Below are positions 11,228 to 22,053 of a stretch of DNA of 64,000 bases, in pieces. The stretch is taken from the NCBI RefSeq assembly GCF_006345805.1, contig NC_043005.1, forward strand, positions 85,250,001 to 85,314,000, given 5' to 3'. Source of the DNA: Octopus sinensis. Its lineage: Eukaryota. The translations under genes were made by a program, and so were the position numbers. Below the pieces are notes generated by a model. That model was given only the letters and a program-made list of their open reading frames with translations. It did no database searches and was not told the DNA's origin. Each line of letters begins with the position of its first letter. Position 1 is the stretch's first letter.

Positions 11228-12895
11228 ATATGGTGTGCATGGAAGTTTTGGCTTTGGCACTAGAAGTGAGGAGGGAACAAGGTTCTTGGAGTTCTGTGAT
11301 GCAAATGATTTGCAGTTCTGCAACACTAACTTCAGGAAACCAGTCAGGCCTGTCATCTAATCACTTATCAGTCTGGTAGGCACTCAAACCAGATTAACTA
11401 CACCCTCGTCAGAAACAGGGATAGACAGATGTTTATAAATACAAAGTCTTTTCCCAGAGAAGAATGTACAATTCAACATAAGTGGTCAGAAAATATAGAC
11501 TAAGGTTTGATGGACACTGAGATGCAAACCTGTTTAAAAAATGAAGTTATGGAAGCTGAGAGATCCATCAAACACTCAGAGGTTTAGAGACATCATCATC
11601 ATCATCATCGTTTAATGTCCGCTTTCCATGCTAGCATGGGTTGGTCGGTTTGACTGAGGGCTGGCGAACCAGATGGCTGCACTAGGCTTCAATCTTGATC
11701 TGGCAGAGTTTCTACAGCTGGATGCCCTTCCTAACGCCAACCACTCTGAGAGTGTAGTGGGTGCTTTTACATGCCACCGGCACGGGGCTAGTCAGGCAGC
11801 ACTGGCAACAACCTCACTCAAATCTTTTACACATGCCACAGGCACAGGTGCCAGTAAGGTGATGCTGGTAATAATCACACTCGAATGGTGTCTTTTACAT
11901 GCCACCGGCATGGAGGCCAGATAGCTGCTCTGGCAACGATCAATCTCGGATAGTGCTCTTAATACCCTACTAGCACAGGGCTCGAGTGCCAGTAATGTAA
12001 CGCTGGTAATGATGATGCTCGAATGGTGCCCTTTAAGTGCCACTGGCACGGAAGCCAGTTAGCTGCTCTGTCAAAGCATTTGGTGAGAACGAGAAGAAGG
12101 TTGTGATATATAACAAAGAGAACAACTGGAAGTTCCCATAAGACAACCTTCTGAAAGCTGCAGACCAAATCTGTAACTGGGGCAAAGTCTCAGCCAGACT
12201 GAGGGTGACCTGGTGGTAGAGCTGTGAGGTAGATAGAGCCATGAAGGTGAAGAGACAGGCTTTGAAAGATTGGAGACTGGAGTCAGCAAAGAACTAGATC
12301 AGGTTGTCAAGAGGGAAGCTAGGTGATAGGTTAACCTAGCAAGGGCAGAAACAGAACAGAAGAGGTTTGCCAACATCTTACAAAGTGAAGATCAAAGACT
12401 TGAGATGTTTAGGATTGTTAAACAGTGTGTTGGAGAATCGAGATGTGGGGGAGAAGTGTGTACATATAAATAATGGTATGCTTGCACTCAGTGACTCTGA
12501 AACAAAAGAGGTGTGGAAATGCTACTATGAAAAGCTGTTAAATGTGGAGAGTGAGTGGGAGAAGGGGTGTTTCCCATTTGGGAACCCAACAGAGGGTCAG
12601 GCTATTAGTGTTGACAGCACTTTGACAGATGAAGCAATTAAGGATATGAAGACAGGGAAAGCCTCTGGTCCCTTGGGAGTCACTGCTGAAGTGCTTAAAA
12701 TATCTGATAAAGTAGGATACAGTCTAGTCACCTGTATAATCAATCAAATTATTCGGGGGGGGGGGGAAGGGGCCATCGCCAAAGACTGGTGTAGCAACAT
12801 TATAGTCAGCTGCTACAAGGGTACAGGAGATGCTTTAGAAGTAATTACAGAGGCATCAGGTTGCTATACCAAGTCATGAAAGTTACAGAAAGAGT
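11228..12895 (+). pseudogene. RTE-clade LINE fragment (APE endonuclease C-half to RT N-terminus), interrupted by a family C copy at 11591-12072
   Basis: YGVHGSFGFGTRSEEGTRFLEFCDANDLQFCNTNFRKP; TYQSGRHSNQINY; ORF 12367..12879 AIKDMKTGKASGPLGVTAEVLK...DWCSNIIVSCYKGTGDALE followed by NYRGI in a shifted frame. Confidence 0.88.
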
Positions 12896-13639
12896 AATAA
12901 AATAATGGTCCTTCCTGAGTCCTGCCGATTCTTAAAGGCTGGTTTCTTGGTTTCCATGGCATCTAATTCTTCTACAGGATGGGACACTGGCCCATCACTC
13001 ATTCTTACCAGCTGAGTGGACTGGAGTGTGAAATGAAGTGTTTTGCTCAAGAACACAACACGTCACCTGGTCCAGGAATTGAAACCACAATCTTGCGATC
13101 ATGAGTCCAACACCCTAAACTCTAAGCCATGTGCTTCCACACAACCAAGCATAGGAAAAAAAAACACAAACATCGCCGCCACCACAATACTAAGATCTTC
13201 TACCTCTACTGCCACCGACACTGCTAATCCACAAGAACATCTCCCAACATTTATTTCTTTATTGCCCACAAGGGGCTATACATAGAGGGGACAAACAAGG
13301 ACAGACAAACGGATTAAGTCGATTACATCAACCCCAGTGCATAACTGGTACTTATTTAATCGACCCCGAAAGGATGAAAGGCAAAGTCGATCTCGGCGAA
13401 ATTTGAACTCAGAATGTAGCGGCAGATGAAATACTACTAAGCATTTCGCCCAGCACCAAATGATACCAACTACCACCATCAGCAACTACCAATGCCATCA
13501 GAAACTACACTACTTCCATCACCATCATCAAAAGTACCTTTAGTAGTTGTACAATGGGTAACCTTTGACCCTGGCAATAAAGGAAGCCATAATACAAACA
13601 ACAACAATAAAATTACTAAAGACTAACTAGAAAAGCTGC

Positions 13640-14400
13640 ATCCCCCACCACCACTGACACCATCGCTACCATTGCCCTCTTTATCCCCACCACCACCACC
13701 ACCATCACTACCACCACCACCACCACCACGGACGCCAATGCTACCATTGCCCTCTTTACCACCACCACCATCATCACCACCATCACCACCAATGACGCCA
13801 TCACTACCGTTGCCATTTTTATCACCACCACTGCCACCACCATCATCACCACCACCACCACCACAACCACCACCACCACCACAACCACCACCACCGACGC
13901 CATCGCTACCATTGCCATTTTTATCACCACCACCACCACCACCACCACGGACGCCATCGCTACCATTGCCCTCTTTACCACCACCACTGACACTACCACC
14001 ACCACCACCACAACCACCACCACAACCACCACCACTGACGCCATCACTACCATTGCCATTTTTATCACCACCACTGCCACCACCATCATCACCACTACCA
14101 CCACCACAACTACCACAACCATCACCACTGACGCCACCGCTACCATTGCCCTCTTCACCACCTCCACTGACGCCATTGTTAACATTGCCCTCTTTATCAC
14201 CACCACTGCCACCACCATCATCACCACTACCACCACCACAACTACCACAACCATCACCACTGACGCCACCGCTACCATTGCCCTCTTCACCACCTCCACT
14301 GACGCCATTGCTACTATTGCCCTCTTTATCACCACCACTGCCACCACCACCGCCATTACTAACAACAGCGACAACCACCGCCACGTTACTTCCAACACCG
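13640..14400. repeat. CCA-rich compound minisatellite with a 132-bp higher-order duplication
   Basis: About 10 units of ccatcgctaccattgccctctttatc separated by variable (CCA)n; 14064-14195 is repeated at 14196-14327. Confidence 0.9.
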
Positions 14401-15291
14401 ACCACCCCCACTGAAACTACTAAACCTCTATCAGTGACATTTACTAGCAATCACAAAAGGAACAGCAACCATAACACAAACAACCACCACCACCATCCAT
14501 ACCACCACCACCACCACCACTGCCCATACCACAACTAAAAACACAAACATAAACACACACACAAATATCCACATGAACAACCATCAGTGACGATGTGTGT
14601 GTGTGTACATGTGTATGTGTGTGAGTGTGTGTGTTTGTAATTCTATCAGTGTGTGTATATGTGTGTGTGAGTGTGTGCCTGCATGTATATGTGTGTGTGT
14701 TTGTGCCTATGTGAATGAGTGTATGTACGTGAGTATATTTACTGGTGTGTGTGTGCGTGTATTTGTGAGTATGCACGTGTATTTTATCGTGTGTGTGTAA
14801 ATTTGTATGTGTGTGTATTTGTATGTGTGTGTAGGTGCGTATATGTATGTGTGTTTGCGTGTGTTTGAATATTTGTTTGTGTGTGAGGTGAGTATTTGTG
14901 TGTGTATGTGTATTTGTATGTGTGTGTGTGTAAGTGTGTATTTGTGTGTGTAAGTGTGTGTGTGGGGGGTGTATTTGTGTGTGTGTGTGTAGGTGTGTAT
15001 TGTGTGTGTGTATTTGTATGTGAAGGGGGTGTATTTGTGTGTGTAATATATTTAGTAAAATAAAATTCTTCGAGACGCCATCGTCCGATTTCCTGCAATT
15101 AACGGTTCCTTTTTCTTCAATGTCTAAACCACTTCAGTGTAAAATTTCAAAAGACTTCTGATTTCTTTCAGAGTAAAAGCTTGTTTTTGTGATGTATTTA
15201 AGAATCTTCAGCAGGATTCATTCAACCGTTTTCTGAGTGGTTTCACACACACACACACATGCACACACACACACACAACACACACACACAT

Positions 15292-15330
<39 letters not shown>

Positions 15331-15766
15331 ACACACACACACACACACACAACACACACACACAGAAAGCTCAAGTAAATTTTTACTAAGCAATATATAA
15401 AACACCATTATTATTATTATCACCATCATCATCCTCATCATCATCCTCATCATCCTCATCATCCTCATCATCCTCATCATCATCATCATCATTATTGTAC
15501 ATTTTCATGTTATGATTATTATTATCATTATTACTATTATTATTGTTGTTGTTATTGTTGTTGTGGTGGTGGTTTTTCGTTTTTAATTCATTCTTTTATT
15601 TGTGATACTTTTCTGCTGGGTAGATAGAAAATGTGAAGTTGTGATGTTCATGGGATGCTCTTCCCAATAATCCGCAACAGAATTATTACCTACATCACAA
15701 GTATATATTTTATATTTGTATATGTATGAATGCATGCATATATGTGTGTGTATGTATGTATGTGTG

Positions 15767-15823
<57 letters not shown>

Positions 15824-15831
15824 TATATATG

Positions 15832-15864
<33 letters not shown>

Positions 15865-16010
15865 ACAATTGCAAATTAAACTTAAATGTTGAAGTGAATC
15901 GAATGGCTTTTGTGTGTTTCTTAAATGGCTTATAAACACCTTCCACGGTGCAATTGTTTTCGTTTCAGCACACGATCTCAGATCAAATTACTTGCTATGC
16001 GAGTACATCT

Positions 16011-16057
<47 letters not shown>

Positions 16058-16254
16058 TATTCTCTTACTTCTTTCAGTCATTTGACTTGCAGCCATGCTG
16101 GAGCACTGCCTTTAGTTGTAAGCCTAGTACTCATTCTATTGGTCACTTTGGCCAAGCTGCTAAGTTACAGGGACGTAAGCACACCAACATCGGTTGTCAA
16201 GCGATGGGGGGGGGACAAAAACAGACACAAATAACAAACACACACATACATATA

Positions 16255-16303
<49 letters not shown>

Positions 16304-16592
16304 CATCTCAATGCGTTATCCACAATTCTAAAAGGGATTTGAAGCTCATAGAATATGACTGTATTATTTATTTTAGATTCAGAACAATGTCTTCTGCGCT
16401 ATAAGCATCTTATGATTGAAAACCAGTCCAGCTGATGTCTCTGTCAGCTGCTTTTGAGCAAGTTATATCTTTGAAGCTTTCAATAGATTTCATTTTCCTC
16501 AATGAATTGCTTAAAATATTTCACAAAAATTACTCTCAATGTAACTGTGAAATAGCCATTGAAACACATATGTATACAAATATGTGTGTGTT

Positions 16593-16639
<47 letters not shown>

Positions 16640-16821
16640 ACTGAAAAGGCACAATAAAAATTTTTTTTCACAGTTTGAATTGTAGTGAAAAATATAAAAA
16701 AGATACAAAATGCATGGAAATTTTATTTTAGATAAAAAATATAAATATATCTTTATGAAATAAAACATTTACATTGTTGACTGATGTTGCTTGTGTTAAT
16801 CATCACTAACAAGTTAGTGAT

Positions 16822-17099
16822 ACATTATTTACATTATTTACATTTGATGGATATTTGTCCTCATCTTGTTTGTTGTTAACACGTTTCGGCTGATATGTCC
16901 TCCAGCCTTCATCAGGTGTCCTGGGTTCTCATTCCAAGACACCTGATGAAGGCTGGAGGGTATATCAGCTGAAACATTGTGTTAACAACAAACAAGATGA
17001 GGATAAATATCCGTCAAATGTAAATAATGCAAATAATGTAAATAATGTAAATAATGTAAATAATGTTCATAGTTCTTCATCTCATAAATATAGAACTGG
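16822..17099. mobile_element. Head-to-head inverted pair of hammerhead-plus-tail modules (same family as 17707-18653)
   Basis: 16822-16920 is the reverse complement of 16938-17040; both arms contain gacac-CTGATGA-a-ggctg...cagc(c/t)-GAAAC. Confidence 0.85.
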
Positions 17100-17146
17100 A
17101 AAGCTGTTTTTGTATTTCAATCATCTCCGGACTACACACACACACA

Positions 17147-17179
<33 letters not shown>

Positions 17180-17810
17180 GGCACACTTGTTTTACAAGTT
17201 TGGCAAAATGATTTGACTCTACTCGATCATGCAATTTCCCCTCGCTCTCTTCTTTATCTTTTTTCCTCTCTTTCTTCTCTTTCAAAACTCCCCTTGACTC
17301 TTTTCTAGTATCCGATGATGAAGAGAACCAGACCCAAAACGTTATATTTCTACTCTGCAACTTTTTCCTTCAGCATCAACCTAATAACACTCACAGTGAA
17401 CATTTCTTGAAATTTTGCTGTTTTTTGTATTTGCTTTGCTCCCCTTCTCCTTCCCCCTTCTCTGTCTGTCTGTCTGTCTCTCTCTCTCCCTCTCTCTCTC
17501 TTTACAGTGTAATCATCATTAAAATTTAAGTTTTCTATACCAGAAGTATTCCAGCCTTGGCTTGAAACCTAACAGTGTTGATAGCCCAGCATTCAGGTTG
17601 AGTGCTTCTCTGGAAATAACCCAGCTTAACACCCTACCTGACCTTATATAGGGATACATTATTTTATTTGATATGGTAACCACTACACCACATGCCCACG
17701 GCCCACGGGCATATGGCATAGTGGTTAAGATCGTGGGCTACTAATCCCAAGATTCTGAGTTTGATTCCCGGCAATGATGTGAGTAATAATAATAATAATA
17801 ATAATAATAA

Positions 17811-18457
17811 AGCCAGACATAGTCTTAATTGAGAAAGAAAACAAATTATGCTGAATCATAGTTGTGATTGATGAAAAAGGTGGTAGTAGTACAAATAATT
17901 GTCGAAGCCCTGGGAACAGTGAGTAAAAGTCTTGAGAAGTATGTGGAACAACTAGGGGCTGCAATAAGGGTGGAGCACTTGCAGAAAACAGCACTGCTTG
18001 GAACCACCCAAATACTCCAGAGGGTGCTCGAAAAATAAGAGGTGTTACCTTAGTTCACTGGAAGTGAACAGCTGACACTGTAGTACATCTCCAGCATTAG
18101 AAGCTGTGCTAAGGCAATCATAGTAATAATAATAATAATAATAAAGCCAGACATAGTCTTAATTGAGAAAGAAAACAAATTATGCTGAATCATAGTTGTG
18201 ATTGATGAAAAAGGTGGTAGTAGTACAAATAATTGTCGAAGCCCTGGGAACAGTGAGTAAAAGTCTTGAGAAGTATGTGGAACAACTAGGGGCTGCAATA
18301 AGGGTGGAGCACTTGCAGAAAACAGCACTGCTTGGAACCACCCAAATACTCCAGAGGGTGCTCGAAAAATAAGAGGTGTTACCTTAGTTCACTGGAAGTG
18401 AACAGCTGACACTGTAGTACATCTCCAGCATTAGAAGCTGTGCTAAGGCAATCATAG
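17811..18457 (+). pseudogene. Two tandem 334-bp copies of an R4/Dong-clade (RLE) non-LTR retrotransposon 3' end inside (TAA)n
   Basis: KPDIVLIEKENKLC*II (PD motif), then MKKVVVVQIIVEALGTVSKSLEKYVEQLG...LQKTALLGTTQILQRVLEK*. Units start at 17811 and 18145, each flanked by TAA repeats. Confidence 0.85.
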
Positions 18458-18520
18458 TAATAATAATAATAATATCAAAAAGTATCTTAGAATGAGAACC
18501 CACGTTCAAAATTTCCCTAA

Positions 18521-18566
18521 GACACCTGATGAAGGCTGGAGGGTATATTAGCTGAAACGTTGTGTT
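18521..18566 (+). ncRNA. Minimal type-I hammerhead ribozyme motif
   Basis: GACAC-CTGATGA-A-GGCTG-gagggtatat-TAGCT-GAAAC-GTT-GTGTT: 5-bp stem I, palindromic AACGTT stem III, GUU triplet, wobble pairs in stem II. Confidence 0.75.
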
Positions 18567-18969
18567 AACAACAAACAAGATGAGGACAAATATTCGTCAA
18601 ATGTAAATAATGTAAATAATGTACATAATTCCTCATCCTTTAAATATAGAACTGGCTTATATAGGACTGTATAGATATTTATATAGCAATTGATCAAACT
18701 GACAAAAAGTACAAAAACCCTACTCCCTCCCCTTTAATTTTCTCCATATATTTACCTGTTTTGTTTCGATACACTCACTCTTTTATGAAAAAAAAAAAAT
18801 GCCTTCAGCTGTTTTGCCTAAATTGTACATTCAATATTTGTTGGACATGACTTCTTTAAACAGCTCAACCAATACATTTAAAGTGGGAAGACCATTAAAA
18901 TATTTGTGATGTTCCGTATTTACTTCAATGAATTTTAAATATCATAAAGAAATAAGTAAAATAAAAGGA

Positions 18970-19292
18970 GCACTCTGTCGATTACGATGACGAGGATCCC
19001 AGCTGATATGATCAATGGAACAGCTTGCTCGTGAAATTAATGTGTAAGGGGCTGAGCAATCCACAGACATGTGTACCCCTAACATAGTTCTCAAGGACAT
19101 TCAGCGTGACACAGAGTGTGACAAAGCTGGCCCTTTTGAAATACAGGTACTACTCATTTTTGCCAGCTGAGTGGACTGGAGCAACGTGAAATAAAGTGTC
19201 TTGCTCAAGGACACAACACGTCGCCAGTAATTGAACTCACAACCTTACAATCGTGAGTCGAATGCCCTAACCAGTAAGCCACGTGCCTTCAC
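18970..19292 (-). mobile_element. SINE family D (tRNA head + CORE-like domain)
   Basis: Minus strand: ggcacgtggcttactggttagggcattcg...gagttcaattac...gtgttgtgtccttgagcaagacact. Other copies at 12905-13140, 20170-20885 (B dimer nested), 31232-31850 (C nested), 46770-47075, 54372-54612. Confidence 0.85.
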
Positions 19293-19534
19293 CTAATTAA
19301 AATAACTTTGTTGTTATTAGGTTGGTGTTAGGTACATAATTATTGCTGTTTTGAAGGAAGATTATAATTAATGACTTCTGAAAACAAGACGTTTGTACTA
19401 TTTAGCCCTGGGCGGTCTCAGATGGTTTGGCACCAAAAATATTAAACTACTGAGGATCAGGAAGAGAAACTGGCAGACTATACTTCAGCCATTTCTCATT
19501 GTGTTTCTGTTATGTTAAGCAATGTAACATTAAC

Positions 19535-19570
<36 letters not shown>

Positions 19571-19768
19571 CACCACCATCGCTGCTGCTGCTGCTAAAAG
19601 TGCTAATAGTACATTAAACAATGACAAATGGTTTCCCTGCCAAACAGCCTCTCGTTTCCTAGGATACAAAATATTAAATAATTCTCTCTGATTCACATGG
19701 AATTTTTGGAGCCATTCGTTGATTACCTGACACTTCTCAAAACTAAACAACTTCATTGATGATTGTTC

Positions 19769-19929
19769 AATAATTCATGGGGTGCCTAGAGAACAGCAAG
19801 AATCCAAATAATAATGTCTATTCATTCTTGATATGATCTGGAAAAAAGGTTCTGCCAGAATAGATTATGACTCAGTAGATATGTCATTGTTTGGATTCTT
19901 GTTGTTCTCTGGACACCCCATGAATTATT
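19769..19929. repeat. ~160-bp hairpin / MITE-like inverted repeat
   Basis: aataattcatggggtgcctagagaacagcaagaatccaaataat versus the reverse complement of 19886-19929 (about 4 mismatches in 44 bp). Confidence 0.75.
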
Positions 19930-21741
19930 ATCTATTTAACTCCCATCAATGAATAATTTGTGATTGGTTTATAAATAAAAGCACATACTTGTGTTAGATT
20001 CCTCATTCTGGAGGGGGCATACAAAAAGGTGAAACACTGGTGTATCAAAATCCTCTTACACCAGTGAATTACATGTGTTGTCTTAAAGGAGGGTTTTTTT
20101 TTCTGATGATGGGGAAGTAACAGTGATCAGCATATTCATGTTTAAATCTATCAGAACATGAACTGACAATCTGGTGGTTATGACGACGAGGGTTCCAGTT
20201 GATCTGATCAAGGGAACAGCCTGCTCGTGAAATTAACATGCAAGTGGCTGAGCACTCCACAGACACATGTACACTTAGCCTAGTTCTCAGGGATATTCAG
20301 AATGAAACAGAATATGACAAGGTTGGCAGAAACGTTAACATGCCGGGCGAAAGGCTAAGCGGTATTTTGTCTGCTGCTACATTCTAAGTTCAAATTCCGC
20401 CAAGGTCGACTTTGCCTTTTATCCTTTCGGGGTCGATTAAACAAGTACCAGTTACGCACTGGGGTCGATATAATCGACTTAATCCGTTTGTCTGTCCTTG
20501 TTTGTCCCCTCTGTGTTTAGCCCCTTGTGGATAGTAAAGAAATAGGTATCTTGTCTGTCTTTATGTTCTGAGGTCAAATTCTGCTGAGGTTGACATTGCC
20601 TTTCATACTTTCAGGGGTTGATAAATTAAGTATCAGTTATGTACTGGGGTTGATCTAATAGATTGGTCCCCACCACTCCCCAAAATGTCGGCCCTTGTGC
20701 CTAGAGTAGAAAATAATTACATGTACGACTCATTTTTGACAGGTCGGTGGACTAGAGCAATGTAAAATGGTCCCTAGAGCTCATTGAAATGAAATGCTCA
20801 AGAACTCAACATGTCCCTGGGAATCAAACTCACTACTTTACAATCATGAACCAAACACCCTAACCATTAAGCCACGTGCTTTCACACCAAAACATATTAA
20901 GAAAGAATCGATACATTTTTGCTTATTTGAATTATTGTTTAGTTATTACCATAAACGGATGTCTCCCTTCTTATAAATAATTCAAATCCCGTTAACTCTT
21001 ATATTTCCATAATGACACCGGAGTGTTATTAATCTGTTTTAAACTTTAATAGTTAACACCCTTCTTTCTTTTTCACTTATCTTTCCTGAATGTCAGCAAC
21101 ACATTGAGACAGATGTTTCTGGAGCTTATGCTTTTGAAGTTCTTTAAGTGTGTAATAAGCCTTTCACGTTCTTCTATAGAATATATTCACACCCTTAACA
21201 AAATCTCTCAGCAATTTTAAGGAAGACCATGTCTATCACAGAAAGTTTTACAAAATGACAGACTTTTCACTTCAAGTTTATTTTACTCTACAAACCAAAA
21301 TAGGTGGCTTCGTTCAAATTTAATTATAAAAAGTCGAGCAAAAATTAAACAATGAGTGAGATTCTTCATTGGTTGGTATATAGGCATTGGCTGAAAATTT
21401 TGGCACAGGGCCAGCAAGTTTGAGGAAGGGAGTATGTCAATTACATCGACCCCAGTGTGTAACAGGTACTTATTTTATTGACCCCGAAAGAATGACAGGC
21501 AAAGTTGACTTCAGTGGAATTTGAACTCAGAACACAAAGACGGATGAAATGCTACTTAGCACTGTGCTAACGATTCTGCCAATTTACTGCTTTAATTGGA
21601 ACATAGACATTATAATTGTACATTGGTAATTCTAATATATAACTAGTAAATCTAATACAAATATTTATGCTGCCACAAGATTCCTCTCCATAAAATATTT
21701 CCTCTGCAATTTCAGATCCAAACAAGTCTTTCTATGATTCT

Positions 21742-22053
21742 TTTTTTTTTACGCCCTTTTCAAGCCTAGCCAGGTTCATGGGCCTGGTTTCCCGGTTCCT
21801 GTGGTGTATGTGTTCCCCCCAGCTGGACGAGACGCTAGTCCATTGCAGCGTTACTCAAGAAACATTGAAGAGAGAGTGAGAGAAAGTTGTGGTGAAAGAG
21901 TACAACAGGGGTCGCACCCCCCCTGCCGGAGCATCATGGAGCTTTAGGTGTTTTCACTCAATAAACACATGCAACGCCCAATCTGGGAATCGAAACCGCG
22001 ATCCTCCGACCTCAAGTCCGCTGCCCTAACCACTGGGCCATTGCACCTCCACA
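21742..22053 (-). mobile_element. SINE family E, full length, 8-bp TSD
   Basis: Minus head gtggaggtgcaatggcccagtggttagggcagcgg...ggtttcgattccc, poly-A tail, TSD atgattct at 21734 and 22054. Confidence 0.85.

Larger units (their letters stand above)
17707..18653 (+). mobile_element. tRNA-headed, hammerhead-containing short element with a nested R4/Dong insertion
   Basis: A-box TGGCATAGTGG (17714-24), B-box-like GTTTGATTC (17759-67), (TAA)n, hammerhead 18521-18566, (TAAATAATG)n and terminal aaatatagaactg. Confidence 0.75.

Noticed and set aside
17311-17345. Another hammerhead remnant (gatgaagag...aaaacgtta)
   Set aside because: Core and stem II are too decayed to call.
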